The notes beneath the pieces were generated by a model that made no database searches, was not told where the DNA came from, and saw only the letters and a list, made by a program, of their open reading frames with translations. Shown here one piece after another: positions 12,200 to 25,160 of a DNA stretch of 64,000 nucleotides; the first letter of the stretch is position 1, and every line of letters starts with the position of its first letter. Both the position numbers and the translations under genes were made by a program. Source of the stretch: Phoronis australis (lineage: Eukaryota > Animalia > Phoronida); the NCBI GenBank assembly GCA_002633005.1, contig NMRA01000534.1, forward strand, positions 188,382 to 252,381, written 5' to 3'.

Positions 12200-13885
12200 T
12201 ACAAGAGCAACGCTCCGTGCGCCCACGAATGCATTGCAAATGATGTGTTTAAGGGTTATTCATTTGTATCATAAAAATGGCCACTAGATGGCGCAAAAAC
12301 GTACAATCCATCCAAAAACAGGAATATGTCATATTTCAAATCTGTCAAGGAACTGTCAAAACAGAATAAAATAAAATAAAATAAAATTGCCACTAGTGGG
12401 CACCGCGTCCGTTGGATCCGCCTGAAAGTCGTCGTTGTCTTTTTTTACTCTTCATATAAATACACTTACTAAATTTAATAAATATCCTGAAGTGGGTTTA
12501 GGCGATACAGCTATGGGCGCAAAACAAAACAAAACTACCACAAGGAGGCGCCACAGTAGTTAGTCGCCGTCATCAAACGTCCTCTTCCAACTGACAACAT
12601 ATACGCCAATTTTCAAAACCATCCCTAGAATGACTTGGTTGATACAGGAGTGGACGCCAAAAACAAGATTTGAAAACAGAAAAAATAGCCCCTAGGTCAA
12701 GAAAAATACCTCGATTGCAACCAAAAACAGGAAAATAGCGTCATCTCACCAATAGATGCCTATATATAAAATTTTATGAAAACCTGTTGAGGATTTTTGA
12801 AGATACAGAGTTAAACGTAAAAACTAAAATTGCCACTAGTGGGCACACCAGTTGTCAGATCTGTCCGAAAGTCGTCGTCGTCCGTAGTAAACATCATATA
12901 AATACTCTTGTTAAATTAAATAAAGATCCTGCAAACACTTTAGGAGGTACAGCCATGAGGTGCCCCGGTAGACAAAGTCGTCAAAAAATCATTGTCAGCC
13001 GTCCACTTCATAGTAAAAACATACATGTACATGCCAATTTCCACAGTTATCCTGAAAATGGTTTGGTTGATAGATGAGTGTACGCCAAAAAACAGACTCG
13101 AAGACAGTAAAAATGGCCACTAAGTGGCGCAAACTAGGTCAAATTCATCTGAAAACGGAGCGATAGCGTCACCTCATTAGCAGATGCCTGTATGCCAAAT
13201 TTTATGAAAATAGGTAAGGACCTTTGAAGATACAGAGGTAAACCTAAAAAAATAAAATTGCCACTAGGTGGCACGGCAGTAGTCAGATCGTTCCGAAAGT
13301 CGTCGTCGACCGTAGTTAACATCATATAAATATACTTACTAAATTTCCTAAGGATCTTGCGAACAGCTTAGGAGACACAGTCATAGGCGCAAAAAAAACA
13401 AAACTGCCACTAGGAGGCGCCACAGTAGTCAAAGTCGTCGGAAAATCATCGTCAAACGTCAACTTCATAGTAAAAACGTACATGTCAATTTCCGCAATCA
13501 TCCTTTGAGCGGTTTGGCTGATAGAGGGGTGGAAGCAAAAAAACAGACTTGAAAGCAGTAAAAACGGCCACTAGGGGGCGCAAACTACATCGAATCCATC
13601 CGAAAGCGGGAGGATGGCATCATCTCACTAAAAGGTGCCTACACACCAAATTTCGTTAAAATCCGTTAAGATACAGATCAGGTAAGCGTAAAAAAATAAA
13701 ATTGCCAGTAGGGGGCACAGCGGTTGTCGGATCTGTCCGGAAGTTCACTCACGCCACCCTATCCACGGAAGGAATACATGTGCAAAATTTCATTGACATA
13801 CGTCAAGACGTTTTGGAGATAGAGCAACGGACGCCGGACACCGGACGGACGGACGGAGATGACGGCATAATGCGTCCACATATAA
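12200..13885. mobile_element. Helentron-associated (HINE-like) non-autonomous element with internal ~145/440-bp tandem repeats
   Basis: Begins ACAAGAG, short repeat TGCGCCCAC/TGCGTCCAC near both ends, diverged internal tandem array, and (GGAC)n microsatellite at ~13843-13856 just before the end. This matches the layout of bivalve HINE/pearl elements. Confidence 0.65.
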
Positions 13886-14734
13886 ATATCAATATAAATT
13901 TTAATTGCCTTGAAAAGAAGTTGTAGTTTTATTAAATACTTTTGAGCGTATTGTAATTTGTATCGCTACGGGTTTAAAGGTAAAATGATAGTCAACTGAA
14001 AATGTAAATCATTTCAATAAATCATGATCCTCTAGTTGGAGACATGGCGTACATAAATCGGTGACCTAAGGAATGCTAAATTCACTCTCGCACGCGTGTC
14101 GTACTTTATTTTTATTGTTTTATAACAAATTAGTGTGTTCAGTGGGGTTTGTACAAACAAAGACAGTTTATTTATCAAACAACTGTAAGTCACTTGATAA
14201 GACGAAACGATCTCACGAAACTATCACGTGTCCTGAAGCAATGTGTATCAACGTCAATCAACATTGAGCAGGAAGGCTCATACTACAGAGAACATTAATT
14301 TTCTTAACAACCTTTTTAATGTAACCTGTAGAATAAATGTGCGTGTGACTGTTAGAAAGGTAATTGTCCTGTGTATACAAATCATTTAGTTTTCGTGAAT
14401 CTACAAAGCCGATGGGCCTACCTCACTGCTAATTAGATGGGTCTGTTTCATGAATAATGACTTAAGACTGAAGACAACAGTTAACGTTCCACACCACTAG
14501 TTTAAAAAAATAACGAAATCTCACTTAAGCAAAAGTGCAGGTCTCTGAGGAAAACCTTACAACTACGAGTTACTGATGTTATTTAGCATAAATTATTTCT
14601 CCCTTGTGATGTAATGATAATGAGATGAGCAAACCTTTATTCGATAATTGCGAATTGGGAGCGTAAGGCCAAATGTCTGATTGAAATCGTAAGTCACCGT
14701 TCTAAGCTAAGAGACTAACAGAAATCTTTGGGAG

Positions 14735-14891
14735 CTGGGTAGACTTCAATAACGCTAGGACCTCGATATGACCTCGCTAGAAAGGCAAGACTTCGCGAGA
14801 TTACTTGATACATTGCCATGTACTTTCAAAGAGAGCACGGGATTTAGGCTAGATTTTTCTCTTTGCGAGACAGCTATTAAATTTTACCCAG
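14735..14891. mobile_element. ~155-bp MITE (Harbinger-like), family shared with 24432-24738 and 31112-31246
   Basis: Ends CTGGGTAGACTTCAATA / TATTAAATTTTACCCAG; internal AACGCTAGGACCTCG..CTTCGCGAGATTAC matches the reverse complement of the 24.5-24.7 kb copies. Confidence 0.65.
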
Positions 14892-15317
14892 CTTGAATGA
14901 AAACCACCTTTCGAAAAGTGTGCAACGAACATTACTGCCAGAGCTAAAAAGGCCAGATAGCTAAATACTACACAGAACAATTATGTAAAAAGTACACTAG
15001 ACAATTTTCCATTCAATGTCAAGTTTAGTTTCTAATTTTATTAAAATAGGAAAAAAGTACAAATTCCTCAAGAGCAGCCATAGCAGTTTTGTGTTGTGTG
15101 CACCATGTTGTAGTACCATATTGGGAGCTTTTTAAAATAACCAGAAAATCTCTGAAACGTGTGGGGTTTTACATTGTCAAGAAAGGTAAATGGGTATGTA
15201 TTGCTGTTAACTTTGGAATAAAATATCTCTAACAATTTTGCATTACATGTTCCAGGTTACCTTCGAATTTCATAAATAACTTAACGTATTAATTGTAGAC
15301 CATCGTAGTATATATTT

Positions 15318-15797
15318 TTAAAATCCTTGATCACAAACTCCTATTATGTTTACTGAGTTAATGGGCGGTTGCTCATAATCAGATTGCGTGTTTTCTAAAA
15401 ATCGTGACTTTTCACTGAAATCGCCGCATTTTTTGTTAAACACGATTATTTCTCACGAAACTTGCAAATTCAGTTACTTTAGTTATCTACAAAAGCGTAC
15501 CTGAGTTTTCTTTTAAGGCCTTTTAATTCATGAGCTCGGAGGTAAAAAATCAAGAACTTTTTTCAAAGAATGTCGGTATTTTCATTTTTAATGTGGAGTT
15601 CTGAGGCAAATTACCTTAAAAGAAATTCCAGATTAGGTTTTGTAGCTAACTGACAAAGAAACAGAATGTGCAAGTTTCATGCGAAAAAAGATGGAGGAAA
15701 GTCTCCATGAAAAAAGAAGATTTTCTAAAAAAAGCGGAGGACAGCTGGACATTATTTTGGTATTCATAAAAAGATTTTGTGATCATCAAGGGTTTAA
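15318..15797. mobile_element. Old TTAA-flanked MITE (Kolobok-like)
   Basis: Imperfect inverted ends TTAAAATCCTTGATCACAAA / TTTGTGATCATCAAGGGTTTAA. Confidence 0.4.
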
Positions 15798-15809
15798 CAA
15801 ATATATAGT

Positions 15810-16820
15810 TTTATGAGTCTTCTATAATTGATCAAATGGGATGGAGTTGTGAGACAACATTGCCTGTTTTCTGAGTAACTGTTGTCAAAGAAATGTTTCA
15901 AACATGGGTAGGTCTGATGGAGGTATAGTGGTGTGGTCCCGTTGTTGTAAATAAGTTTAAAGCAGACATAGTTTTGTAGTTCTGCAAACAAAAGTAGATT
16001 CAAATTTTCGCATAAGGGGTTTGCGCCTGCATTAAATTTGTTGTATCCTATGTGACGAAGTGCGTGTTTCCGTATTATTTCTATTGCGTGACAGTTGTTA
16101 AAAGCACAGATGCAAACGCCATAATGAAGATTAATTAATGTACAAAAAATCACATTTAGAATATGACCCAATAAAGAAGACAAAACACCACGTGTTACAG
16201 ATAATTAGTTGGCAATCTATAGAGTATGACACTTCCAACTGAGTGCCGTTATCAATTCTTATTCGCAGGAATCTTATGACTGTGACAAATTCAACTCATT
16301 TAGTTACAGTTGAGGTATTTGGTTGCCATCGATGGACAAAAGTAAATAGACAAAATGCCGTTTCCTCAGCATGGCGGCTAATTCGTTTAACAGCAAAATG
16401 ACTGGTAGTAACTATGACTGAGACAGAATTACTTACAGAATGTCTTAGCCACCTAACTTGGGGTTATTTCTTCTTCATTCTGGATCACAAACGAAAACCA
16501 TTAAGACCACGAACTTGGCTTCAGCCCAGTCGCCGTGACGGGAAATAACGGATAATTTTGTCTGAATGCTATCGACGCGTAGTGTACAGAATGATGTCAA
16601 GATTGTTTGACAGATGGAGGTCACTGTACATCAACAAAGAACAAAAGTGGGCTACGTATTGACCACTGTGGACTGCCTCAAGTGTCAGTATCATTACTTG
16701 TTATTATTTTCTGTCATTAAACGGACTTCTGAGCTTTCAAACATACCTCGTCTCATTTCCCAACCATCTGTTAGCATGCCATTGTTTTAAATTCAACATC
16801 TTGGGTTAATGAATCTTTCT
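15810..16820 (-). pseudogene. Decayed CR1/L2-group LINE ORF2 (reverse transcriptase)
   Basis: Ordered motifs with stops and frameshifts: GSPQWSIRSPLLF (GVPQGSILGPLLF), YSDL..ILY, LSIDGNQI, RFLRIRIDN, LSWKCH, then ORF 15794..16183 TLINLHYG..RKHALRHIGYNKFNAGANPLCENLNLL. Confidence 0.8.
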
Positions 16821-16879
16821 CCAATATAAGATTCGAACTCGGGCTCGAAACTCGTAGTTTCACTACGGCAGAATTGTAC

Positions 16880-17642
16880 TTTTATCCCATACGCGTTGAA
16901 TCAGTCGAGGGAAATACGGCCATGTAATAATGTTTTCCGTATTCACCTCCCGCACTACTTCAACAGCGACCTCTGACATGGAAAGTTCAAAAGGTAGGTC
17001 AATGTCAACTCGACATCGATAGCTGGTTCGATCATCAAATTTTCGGAAAATAGTTTAAAGTAATGCAATTGCAACAGTGTGAGTAACACTTAACATGCAA
17101 TCAGGTATCAGTCGTAACATCCATAACAGGATTGTTAATTACTGGGTATTTGACACTTATGTCTCAGTTTTCGATTGCTAGTGTTGTGTCGTCTGCAACT
17201 CGATCAGGCGCCGATTCCTCGGTGAATACAATATGAAATATTGTTGTTACTTAACTATTTTCAAAAGATGTTACAAGTTCAATGCACAGTTACCATTGCA
17301 TTCATCTTTGTTATCTCTTTTCAAGTAATAAATCGTTATATTTAAAACTGTTTATTTTACAAGAGAAAACTTGCAACCTAACGCGCAAGTACGAGTAGGC
17401 TTACATAGCTATAGGCTGTGATCCGCCACGTGAACAGTCTGAGCGAAAAAAATGAAAGAAACTTAGGAATTTGATGCGTATGGGATAAATACAAACCTAC
17501 CCCGATTGGCATAGATGAAGTAATATCCCACTCGACATTAGTCCGCGTATCGACCGAAACCGAAGGTGAGGTCGATACACGGAATAATGTCTCGTGGGAT
17601 ATTACTTCATCAACGGCACTCTTGGTACGTTTTGTGTATATA
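16880..17642 (+). mobile_element. Non-autonomous element with asymmetric inverted repeat and long terminal hairpin (Crypton-like)
   Basis: TTTATCCCATACGC at 16881 is inverted at ~17476-17489, followed by a palindrome with core 17514-17611 (GATGAAGTAATATCCCAC...GTGGGATATTACTTCATC). Same layout as 22617-23459. Confidence 0.6.
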
Positions 17643-18562
17643 ATTTCACCTTCGCACTGGCTTTATATATACCCCCCTACCTCGTCAGACTCGAGGTTTT
17701 TCTAGAATTGAGAATGAGGAAACGTGAACAATTGAAACATTTAATCACGTGTGTGCTGATGACTTCCCTGAAATTTCATTAATAGCCCAGTCAAACTTCA
17801 TTCTCTCTTCATTCGCTTACCGTTGACACAATATTTCAAGCTCCTATCGACAAAATGAATAAAAGTTTCGAAGCAAAAAGAGAAGAGTCCATATAAGAAA
17901 ATGTACTGGAAATGGGATTGATGAATTTTTTTGGTGCGAGCAACAAAGCCGGGTGTCTCCGGGTGTCTCAAGGTGTTTTCAAGAAGTTTTTTACCCGTTC
18001 GCTAGTTGCGCGATGTCGATTAAAGAGATTGAATTATCACACGTAAGCAGTTTGGGTTATTGGACAGGCTTTACCAAAACGGATAAGATGTCAAATGAAA
18101 CTAATTTTCGTTCTAAATAGATGAAAACAGTAAAGGTAATTGTTAATAACCAGTTGCTGCTAAACAACAGATTTCTGACGCCGAGAAAGGCGCAAAATGA
18201 ACAGACAATCAAAAATTCCACACAGACATTGTGTTTGGAAACACAATTAAATTATCACGAAAGTTCCTTAAACTGCAGACTTGTCCGAGTTAATTTGAAT
18301 ATAATACAATATATTCCTAACACCTTGATCGTGCATAGGTTAAAAAATCTTTCCCTGCGACCTCAGTAAACTTTTTCAACACAGTACTACCAGCTGTGAT
18401 CCTGATGTTGAAGTCGTAAGATAACAATGTCAAAATATCAAATTAACTTTTGATTAGCAGTCTCAGTGTTAAGTGATAACTATTTTCTCGCCTGGGAGGC
18501 TGTAGTTGTGTGTATATGTTTTACAAAGGGACATTATAGGTTTTACGTCCGAAAAACACATT

Positions 18563-19048
18563 TTAGGGTTATTGTTGGATGGGGTGGACTTGCTGAAGTT
18601 ATTGGCTTTGGCCTGAGCTATAAAGCAACAAAATCAGACATTCGCACATGATCACTTCTTTTTAGTGACATTTAGCGAAAAATAAACGTGCAATAATAGC
18701 AAAATAATTCTGTGATGACTAAAGTACGTTTAAAGTGGTCACGAAGTCAAGAAATAAAATTTTGAAGTACACACTGACTTCCGCATTCAACATCAATAAC
18801 GTGACCAAATCTCATTTAACCTAAACGTTCAACTTGAAGCCAAAATATCAAAAACGCCATGTCATTTCCTTTTCATGTTAACATATAACAATCCCGTTTC
18901 TGATAACCCCTCATGCAAAAGTGGAAATTTCAAAAATAATTCCTAGACCGTTTGTAGAACAGGGCTCACCGCATAGTATCTGAAAGTTTCACATGAATCC
19001 GATCAAACAAACTTTTTGGAATTTTTCTAGGGCCCTACATAACCTTAA
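18563..19048. mobile_element. ~500-bp Kolobok-like MITE, copy 1
   Basis: Ends TTAGGGTTAT.. / ..CCCTACATAACCTTAA; shares TGATAACCCCTCATGCAAAAGTGGAAA with the 19.8 kb copy. Confidence 0.6.
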
Positions 19049-19053
19049 CATGC

Positions 19054-19175
19054 CAAAATGCTGCCTACTTACTGAACCCCACATTCACATCACAAAATGC
19101 TGCCTACTTACTGAACCCCACATTCACATCACAAAATGCTGCCTGCTTACTGAACCCCACATTCACATCACAAAA
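19054..19175. repeat. 39-bp tandem repeat, 3 copies
   Basis: Unit CAAAATGCTGCCTACTTACTGAACCCCACATTCACATCA, near identical. Confidence 0.95.
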
Positions 19176-19471
19176 AAACGAAAACGAATATAGTAAATAA
19201 TTTAATAATGGCCTACATGTAGGCCTATTTTGAAAAAGATATACGTCATGATTAATGAACTTAATTATCGATGACAACACAGGTGTACCGCCTCTGGACA
19301 GATTTCTCACACAATTTGGCCGTAAGAGTCCCAAGTGCCTGTTGTTTTCATAATATTATCATGATCAAACCACGACAAAACAAAATTATTAATAGATACT
19401 AATTAGGTCAACTGGGACACTGTGCTAAACGCATGACAGTCTTGAACGTAGCCGGAATTACTAATCTGCAA

Positions 19472-20005
19472 TTAATTGTATGTTGGACCTTATCGACATG
19501 TCGGTGGATTTAGCCAAATATATACAAGACTATAGATTTTATTTCAATAAAATCGTACATTATCTGAAAGCAGAAAGCCTACAAGAGATGATTTTCTACT
19601 ACCAATCTGTCATGCATTGGGTAACGTGACCATGTCCTTTAGTAAAAATTTCCAAAAGAAAATGGTACACCCATATCAAATAACGGTATCAATAACTTGT
19701 CTTGACCAAATTTCGTTCGATATAAATGTTCAAGATGAAATCTCAAAAACCCTGTTGTAGTTTTCTAAACTATCATTTCGTTTCGTTTTATGCGAGTTTT
19801 GAATTTTTTCATAAAAATCATATATAATTCCTTTTTTGATAACCCCTCATGCAAAAGTGGAAAATGTTAAACCAGTTCCTAACAGCGTTTTTGAGAGCAG
19901 TGCATGGTATCTGGAAGTTTCATAATTCGCTCAGTTATTTCTAAAATATGATGTTCTGAAGTTTGCCAAATTTGGCCATTTTTCGAGAGTCCTACAAAAC
20001 CTTAA
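19472..20005. mobile_element. ~500-bp Kolobok-like MITE, copy 2
   Basis: TTAA at both ends; right end GTCCTACAAAACCTTAA; colinear with 18563-19048 and 25266-25777. Confidence 0.6.
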
Positions 20006-20494
20006 ATTCTTGCGACTCAGTGGCAGGTATGTGCCTGGTCGCGGTGTTGCAAGGCGATTTTCTATCTGAGGTTCATTTGAAAGCAGTAATGCATCCGTGT
20101 CAGTGCGGAATAGTTTCACACACCTCCCTGAGCACTGAAGCAATAGTGACTGAACTTCTTTAAATTTGTGGCAATGAGTATTTTGGCAAAGAGCACTTTT
20201 TATGCGCTTTCAGACGTGTCTCCGACGGAATAGATTAAATCATGATGAATTCATAATGAGAAGAGAGGTTTTTAACGGAGATATAAAGTTACTCCGTTGT
20301 GTGTATTCACATTTAAACAAAACGGGACAGCATTTAACGATGCAATGGCCGCCATTTTGAAGATGCGTTAATCCTCAATAAAGGTCAGTAATTTTTTAAT
20401 TTCAAGTTTCATTGGCCTCGTAAGGAGACTTTTTGTCAGAGCACTAGAATCACCACACAACAACTGAAATTAGTTGACTGCTTGCATACATGAG

Positions 20495-20680
20495 TGCAAA
20501 ACATACATATCAACACACGAAGATACATGTACATACATAACCTGCATACGTATAAACATACGAACACACATACACACACATACATAACACATACATACAC
20601 ACACAAACATACATACATACATACATACATACATACATACAAAAACTCATACATACATACATTCAAACGTATGAATATAC
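20495..20680. repeat. (CATA)n/(CA)n compound microsatellite
   Basis: Directly visible. Confidence 0.95.
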
Positions 20681-22616
20681 ATAGGCACGAATAGTATGTA
20701 CGTACATATACGTACAAACCTGAATACTTAAACTTAATGCTGAGAAAATATATGTCCTGTAGCGAAGACAACGGTTTTTAAGTTTTGGCTCCCGGCATGA
20801 GCGCAACTCACAGCCTGTGGCTTCTCAAGTTGCCGTAGACAAAATTACAAGAACAATCTATTTCATTGTTTTCTTGGCCTCTTTCTGAGAGTTAAGGGGT
20901 GGCAGTCGTTTGTCCTGGAACTCGATGAGAAAGCAGCTGCCGCGCTCGAAAGTAAACAAAGGCTGAAAAATTCTAATTTGGAACATATAGGCGCTAGTAA
21001 TAAACTTATGCCGTTAAGTAAGTAGCGTTCCCATGAATTTCAGAATCCCAGAAATTTTGCAGAAATGTTTTAAAAGAATTATTTCCATAAATATGTTGTG
21101 TCCCCATGCAATCGAGAATCCCAGCAATTTCTGAAGCCCCTTTCGGTTGACCTTGAAAAGACATCTAATAACAATGAAATGTCAGATCACATGCTACGAT
21201 ACCGCCATTGCTGCAGAGCACTTATGCTCGGAATTTTAATTAATGATCAGTTTATTTCGGTACATAAAGACGTATAGATGTGTTATTAATAAAACGAGGA
21301 GTTCGCCATAGAAGTTTCTGATATAATGACAACTGTTAAACTTCCACCTAGTAAAACCTTCAAACACAGGACACTGTATTAAGGATATCTCAAACCTTAT
21401 TCACAAAAAATGGCCGTTTTACAAAATTTCACATATATCTAGCAAAATACCTCATCTTCATTCTCGGAGAACTTCAAATACGAAATATATTCTATGTAGC
21501 GAGGAAAAAAGATTTAGCAGAACCACCTTGGAACCGGACAACCGCGTGAAAATTTGTTAACTACTTATCCTAGGTCAAAGGTTAGGGTGTTAATCAAATC
21601 GAATCTCCCCCCAGGCATAGAACAGCTCCATATGTAACCACAGTCCTTTCATTCAACGAATCGCCACAATATTGAGTCAACGAGGTGTACATATTGCAAG
21701 ATGTCGGGGAAAACGAAAACAAAGACGTAGTTTAGATCGTGAAGGAGTTGTGGGTCTGCATGCATACGACCGTTGAGAACGAATGCTCCGAGTCGCCGCA
21801 CGCCTCTGTGACTTGGTGTTCGCGAACACAGCAATTTGTGAAACGAGATGTTAATTAATTGATAGGTAATCTCACGTTTCGCTGTTTCCTTCTCATTCTC
21901 ACGACGCGTTTTAACCACCCACTCGATTTATATAGTCCATTTCGCACTTGGTCTCCCGGCGCGTGGTTTGTATAACAATGAATTGTTGATATCCTTTTTA
22001 AATAGGTCAACAATTGACCCCGACTCTCGGACTGGAGACGGTCACAAAATTTGTGTTTTAGCGTTAATTAAGTTAACTGCGCACTGCAAGTTCAGTTGAC
22101 ATTGCGAATGAACGTTGAAATAGCGAACATAGTTAAGGCATGTATAGGATATATTGACCTAAAACAAGATTTCACCGAATAATTAACCGAAAGCCTTGCG
22201 ATTTTCACGTGTCCCAACTTGACCGGCTTTTTCTCAGCTTCGGCAAATCGACTTAATTTGAAATTAGGAACTCGGTGGATTTCGCTGAAACTTTCCAAAC
22301 TTAATATTTATTCATCAATTTCAAAAGCGTTGTAAGGATTTTCGATATAAAGGTCTAGCGCATTGTAAGGAAAACAAATATGACTACTATGTTTTACAAA
22401 AATACCTTACGTTTAGCGTGTTGATTTGTCACAGAAACCAAACTAAAAGACTAATCGAAAATTCCTAACAGCGTTTTTGAGGAAACTAATGGAAGTTGTC
22501 ATTTAAAAAAGTTAAAATCAACCGAGGGGTTAGGAATGTATCTTTCTTAAAAATGAAATTTTGACTTAAAAAGATGTTAATGTAATAATAACGGCACATA
22601 AATATAAAATATATTT

Positions 22617-23459
22617 TTATACCACAATATCAGCCTCGAATGGCCAATACAACCGTGTAATAACCCATTTAGTTATCTCACTAGTGAGATAACATTTTGG
22701 CGGGAATCGAGGCCGGTTTGGAACCCGGTCCGTAAGAGTTTCGAGTCGTCGACTTTACTACTGCACCACTCAGCGGCTGACGTCATTGATCGTGAAAATA
22801 GAATACTTAAATGAGCACGCGCAACAATCGCATGTTTAACAAAGGGAATTGTACCGACATTTATGCGCTATGAAAAATAAGACGCATAATTTCCATAAAA
22901 GCGATATTTCAAATCAGTGAAATTAATCTCTCGTTTTCTCTCACTTGTAAATCACCGATCTCCAATTTCAATGCGGGTATCGTGTCGTCGGAATCCTTCG
23001 ACATGAGCATTATACTCAATTACCAGTGGTAACCTACTTTAGCAGACGATATTTTGTCGGTCGAAGCTTAGCGTGATAAAATGTGTAGTAAGCTATAATA
23101 GTTGATAAACCTTAATTTATAGATTCACTTTCTTTCCATTTTGTTTAAATTTTCAATTGCTTTTGGGTAAAATCATTATTTGAAAAAAATAGCTCGGCTT
23201 TTCTAAAAGATCAAGACCTCCGATCCCGGGCCTCTGACACAGAAAGTAGTTACAAAGCCGAGGCGAGTCGAGAAAGGTAGATCGATTCATTGCAATGTTT
23301 CTCGTTCAGTATGTGTTATAAATAGATTATTACATGTTCTCTGTCGTTATCCCCGTTATCTAGAGCCCTCGTGGATTGTGGAGAATTATTTTCCAAAATC
23401 CACTCGGGCTCTAGAATACGGGGGATAACGACAGAGAACATGTAATAATCCATACATAA
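22617..23459 (+). mobile_element. Nested Crypton-like non-autonomous element with terminal hairpin
   Basis: Starts TTATACCACA, inverted as TGTGTTATAA at ~23312, then a ~126-bp palindrome 23325-23450. Absent from Kolobok copy A; a second copy lies inverted at 49930-50632. Confidence 0.7.
22706..22774 (-). promoter_or_regulatory. tRNA-derived segment (Pol III A/B boxes) inside the hairpin-ended element
   Basis: Minus strand GCTGAG-TGGTGCAGTAG-TAAAG..GACTCGAAA..CCGGGTTCCAAACCGG: A box, anticodon-loop-like motif, and T arm with a B-box variant. Confidence 0.5.
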
Positions 23460-24431
23460 TTTTTGATCATTTTTCTTTCAGAAAATATGTGCTTTCACTG
23501 GTTGACAAAGAATGGTTTTTGATATACGAGTTAGAATGGAGGCCACTAAATAAGGTTCGACATAACCTTAAAACCTATATACATGTTGACACCTGGCATA
23601 TTCATCTAGAATGAGTCTATTTTTAAACAGTTTATAGGAATCTAATCTACCAAGAGCTAATATTACATCCAGACACAGTTGTTTGTCTATGTCAATAAAC
23701 CTTTGTTTAAATTCTGAGATAAATTATTTCATCGTTTCCAACTCCTTGACTGGCCCATTCGAAGCCAAGCCCAGTCCAGTACAGCAAGTTTTTAACATGA
23801 AGACCCCAGCTTTCACGGTTTCTTTGTGCAAAGCCATATTGAATCATACATGTATAACATGTTTGAGCATATCTATTCTCATGAAATTTCAACCGCTTCA
23901 ACAAATATTTCAAAATCTTTGACAATCTCATTGACATCATGGTATGCCTGCGTAACTCACCTCTGGCTGCTGAATTTGCTGCACTTCTAAAACAAAGGTC
24001 ACCTCGCGAATTTGAATTACGATTACCGCTAGCAAATTTATGTTTCAATGCATTTTTTCCAGTAAAAATTTGCCTGAAAAATGACTAGGATTAATTCAGT
24101 CAAATTTCACCGGAGGAATGCACTAAAGCCATCAAAATAATTTCGATGCAACAGAGTGCCTTCACACAGCATGAATAAACATTCTCATTTAATGGGGTAT
24201 GCCAACGACACCTGAGTATTGAAAACGGCCAACTTCCTTCAGTTGTCATTTATATAAATATAGCGACAGCAAGAGCAGCCACTTAACCCATTGTGAACGG
24301 AGGAGCTACAAAGGATTTATACCAGAGGAAGCAATAATTACAACATAGACCACTTGCCGGTTTTCAAACTTAGCCAAAGGTGAGACCACCGTCTTGGTGC
24401 ATCACCTCGTAAAAGGTCACGCACGCGAAAC

Positions 24432-24738
24432 CTGGCGTGCGTTCAGTAGACGCTAGGACCTACGCTAGGGCCTAGCTAAAACCTAGTCAAAGTCACGTGC
24501 TCTCATTTAAAATGCACGGCAATATCTCACGTAATCTCGCGAAGTCTTGCTTCTTAGCGAGGTCCTAGCGTTACTGAACGGGAGGCAGGTTAGAGTTCAG
24601 TGACAGTCTCGGGGCAAGAAAATCTAGCCTAAAACACGTGGTATTTAAAATACACGGCAATATCTCGAGTGATCTCGCGAAAACTTACTATTCTAGCGAG
24701 GCGCTAGTGTGATTCTAGCGTTTTTTAACTCTGCCCTG
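24432..24738. mobile_element. Two adjacent ~155-bp related MITEs (Harbinger-like)
   Basis: The block CACGGCAATATCTC..ATCTCGCGAA..TAGCGAGG occurs twice; units joined at CAG ~24586; homologous to 14735-14891. Confidence 0.65.
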
Positions 24739-25087
24739 TATAAAGTCTTGCACACGGGCGAATCCCCGCTGCGCAGTAACACCGGGTTCGTCCCATGACG
24801 CCAAAGGACTCAGTCGGACAAAAATTCAAAAGCTTCTTACCTCACAAAAGGTCAATTGGACATGCTTCTTGAACTAAGGTGAAGCGCTAGCTGTCCGAAA
24901 ATTTAGAAGGGCAAGTCTGACTGCAAAATTTCACGAACCTCTGTTAAGCTGCTGATAACACCGACCGTGGTGCCGACAAATTTTTATTGCCATTGGGGCA
25001 AACAGCACTTGCTGGGTTCGTCCGAAAATTGCCGGACACCATCCTATCTTTTACCAAATTTGCAGCAGTACTACAGCAATACGTTAC

Positions 25088-25160
25088 CATGGGCGGCGCA
25101 GCACTGAAAAAAAGTGTGGGACTATAGCCCCCCAGCCCTCCCTGTGGTTTGCCGCCCATG
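25088..25160. mobile_element. 73-bp CATG-ended mini-element (hAT5-like)
   Basis: TIR CATGGGCGGC/GCCGCCCATG; copies at 47667-47736 and 52083-52158. Confidence 0.7.

Larger units (their letters stand above)
21379..23571 (-). mobile_element. Kolobok-like non-autonomous DNA transposon, copy B (interrupted by a nested element)
   Basis: TTAA|GGATATCTCAAACCTTATT ... AATAAGGTTCGACATAACC|TTAA; inverted homolog of 2347-3715 once 22617-23459 is removed. Confidence 0.8.
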
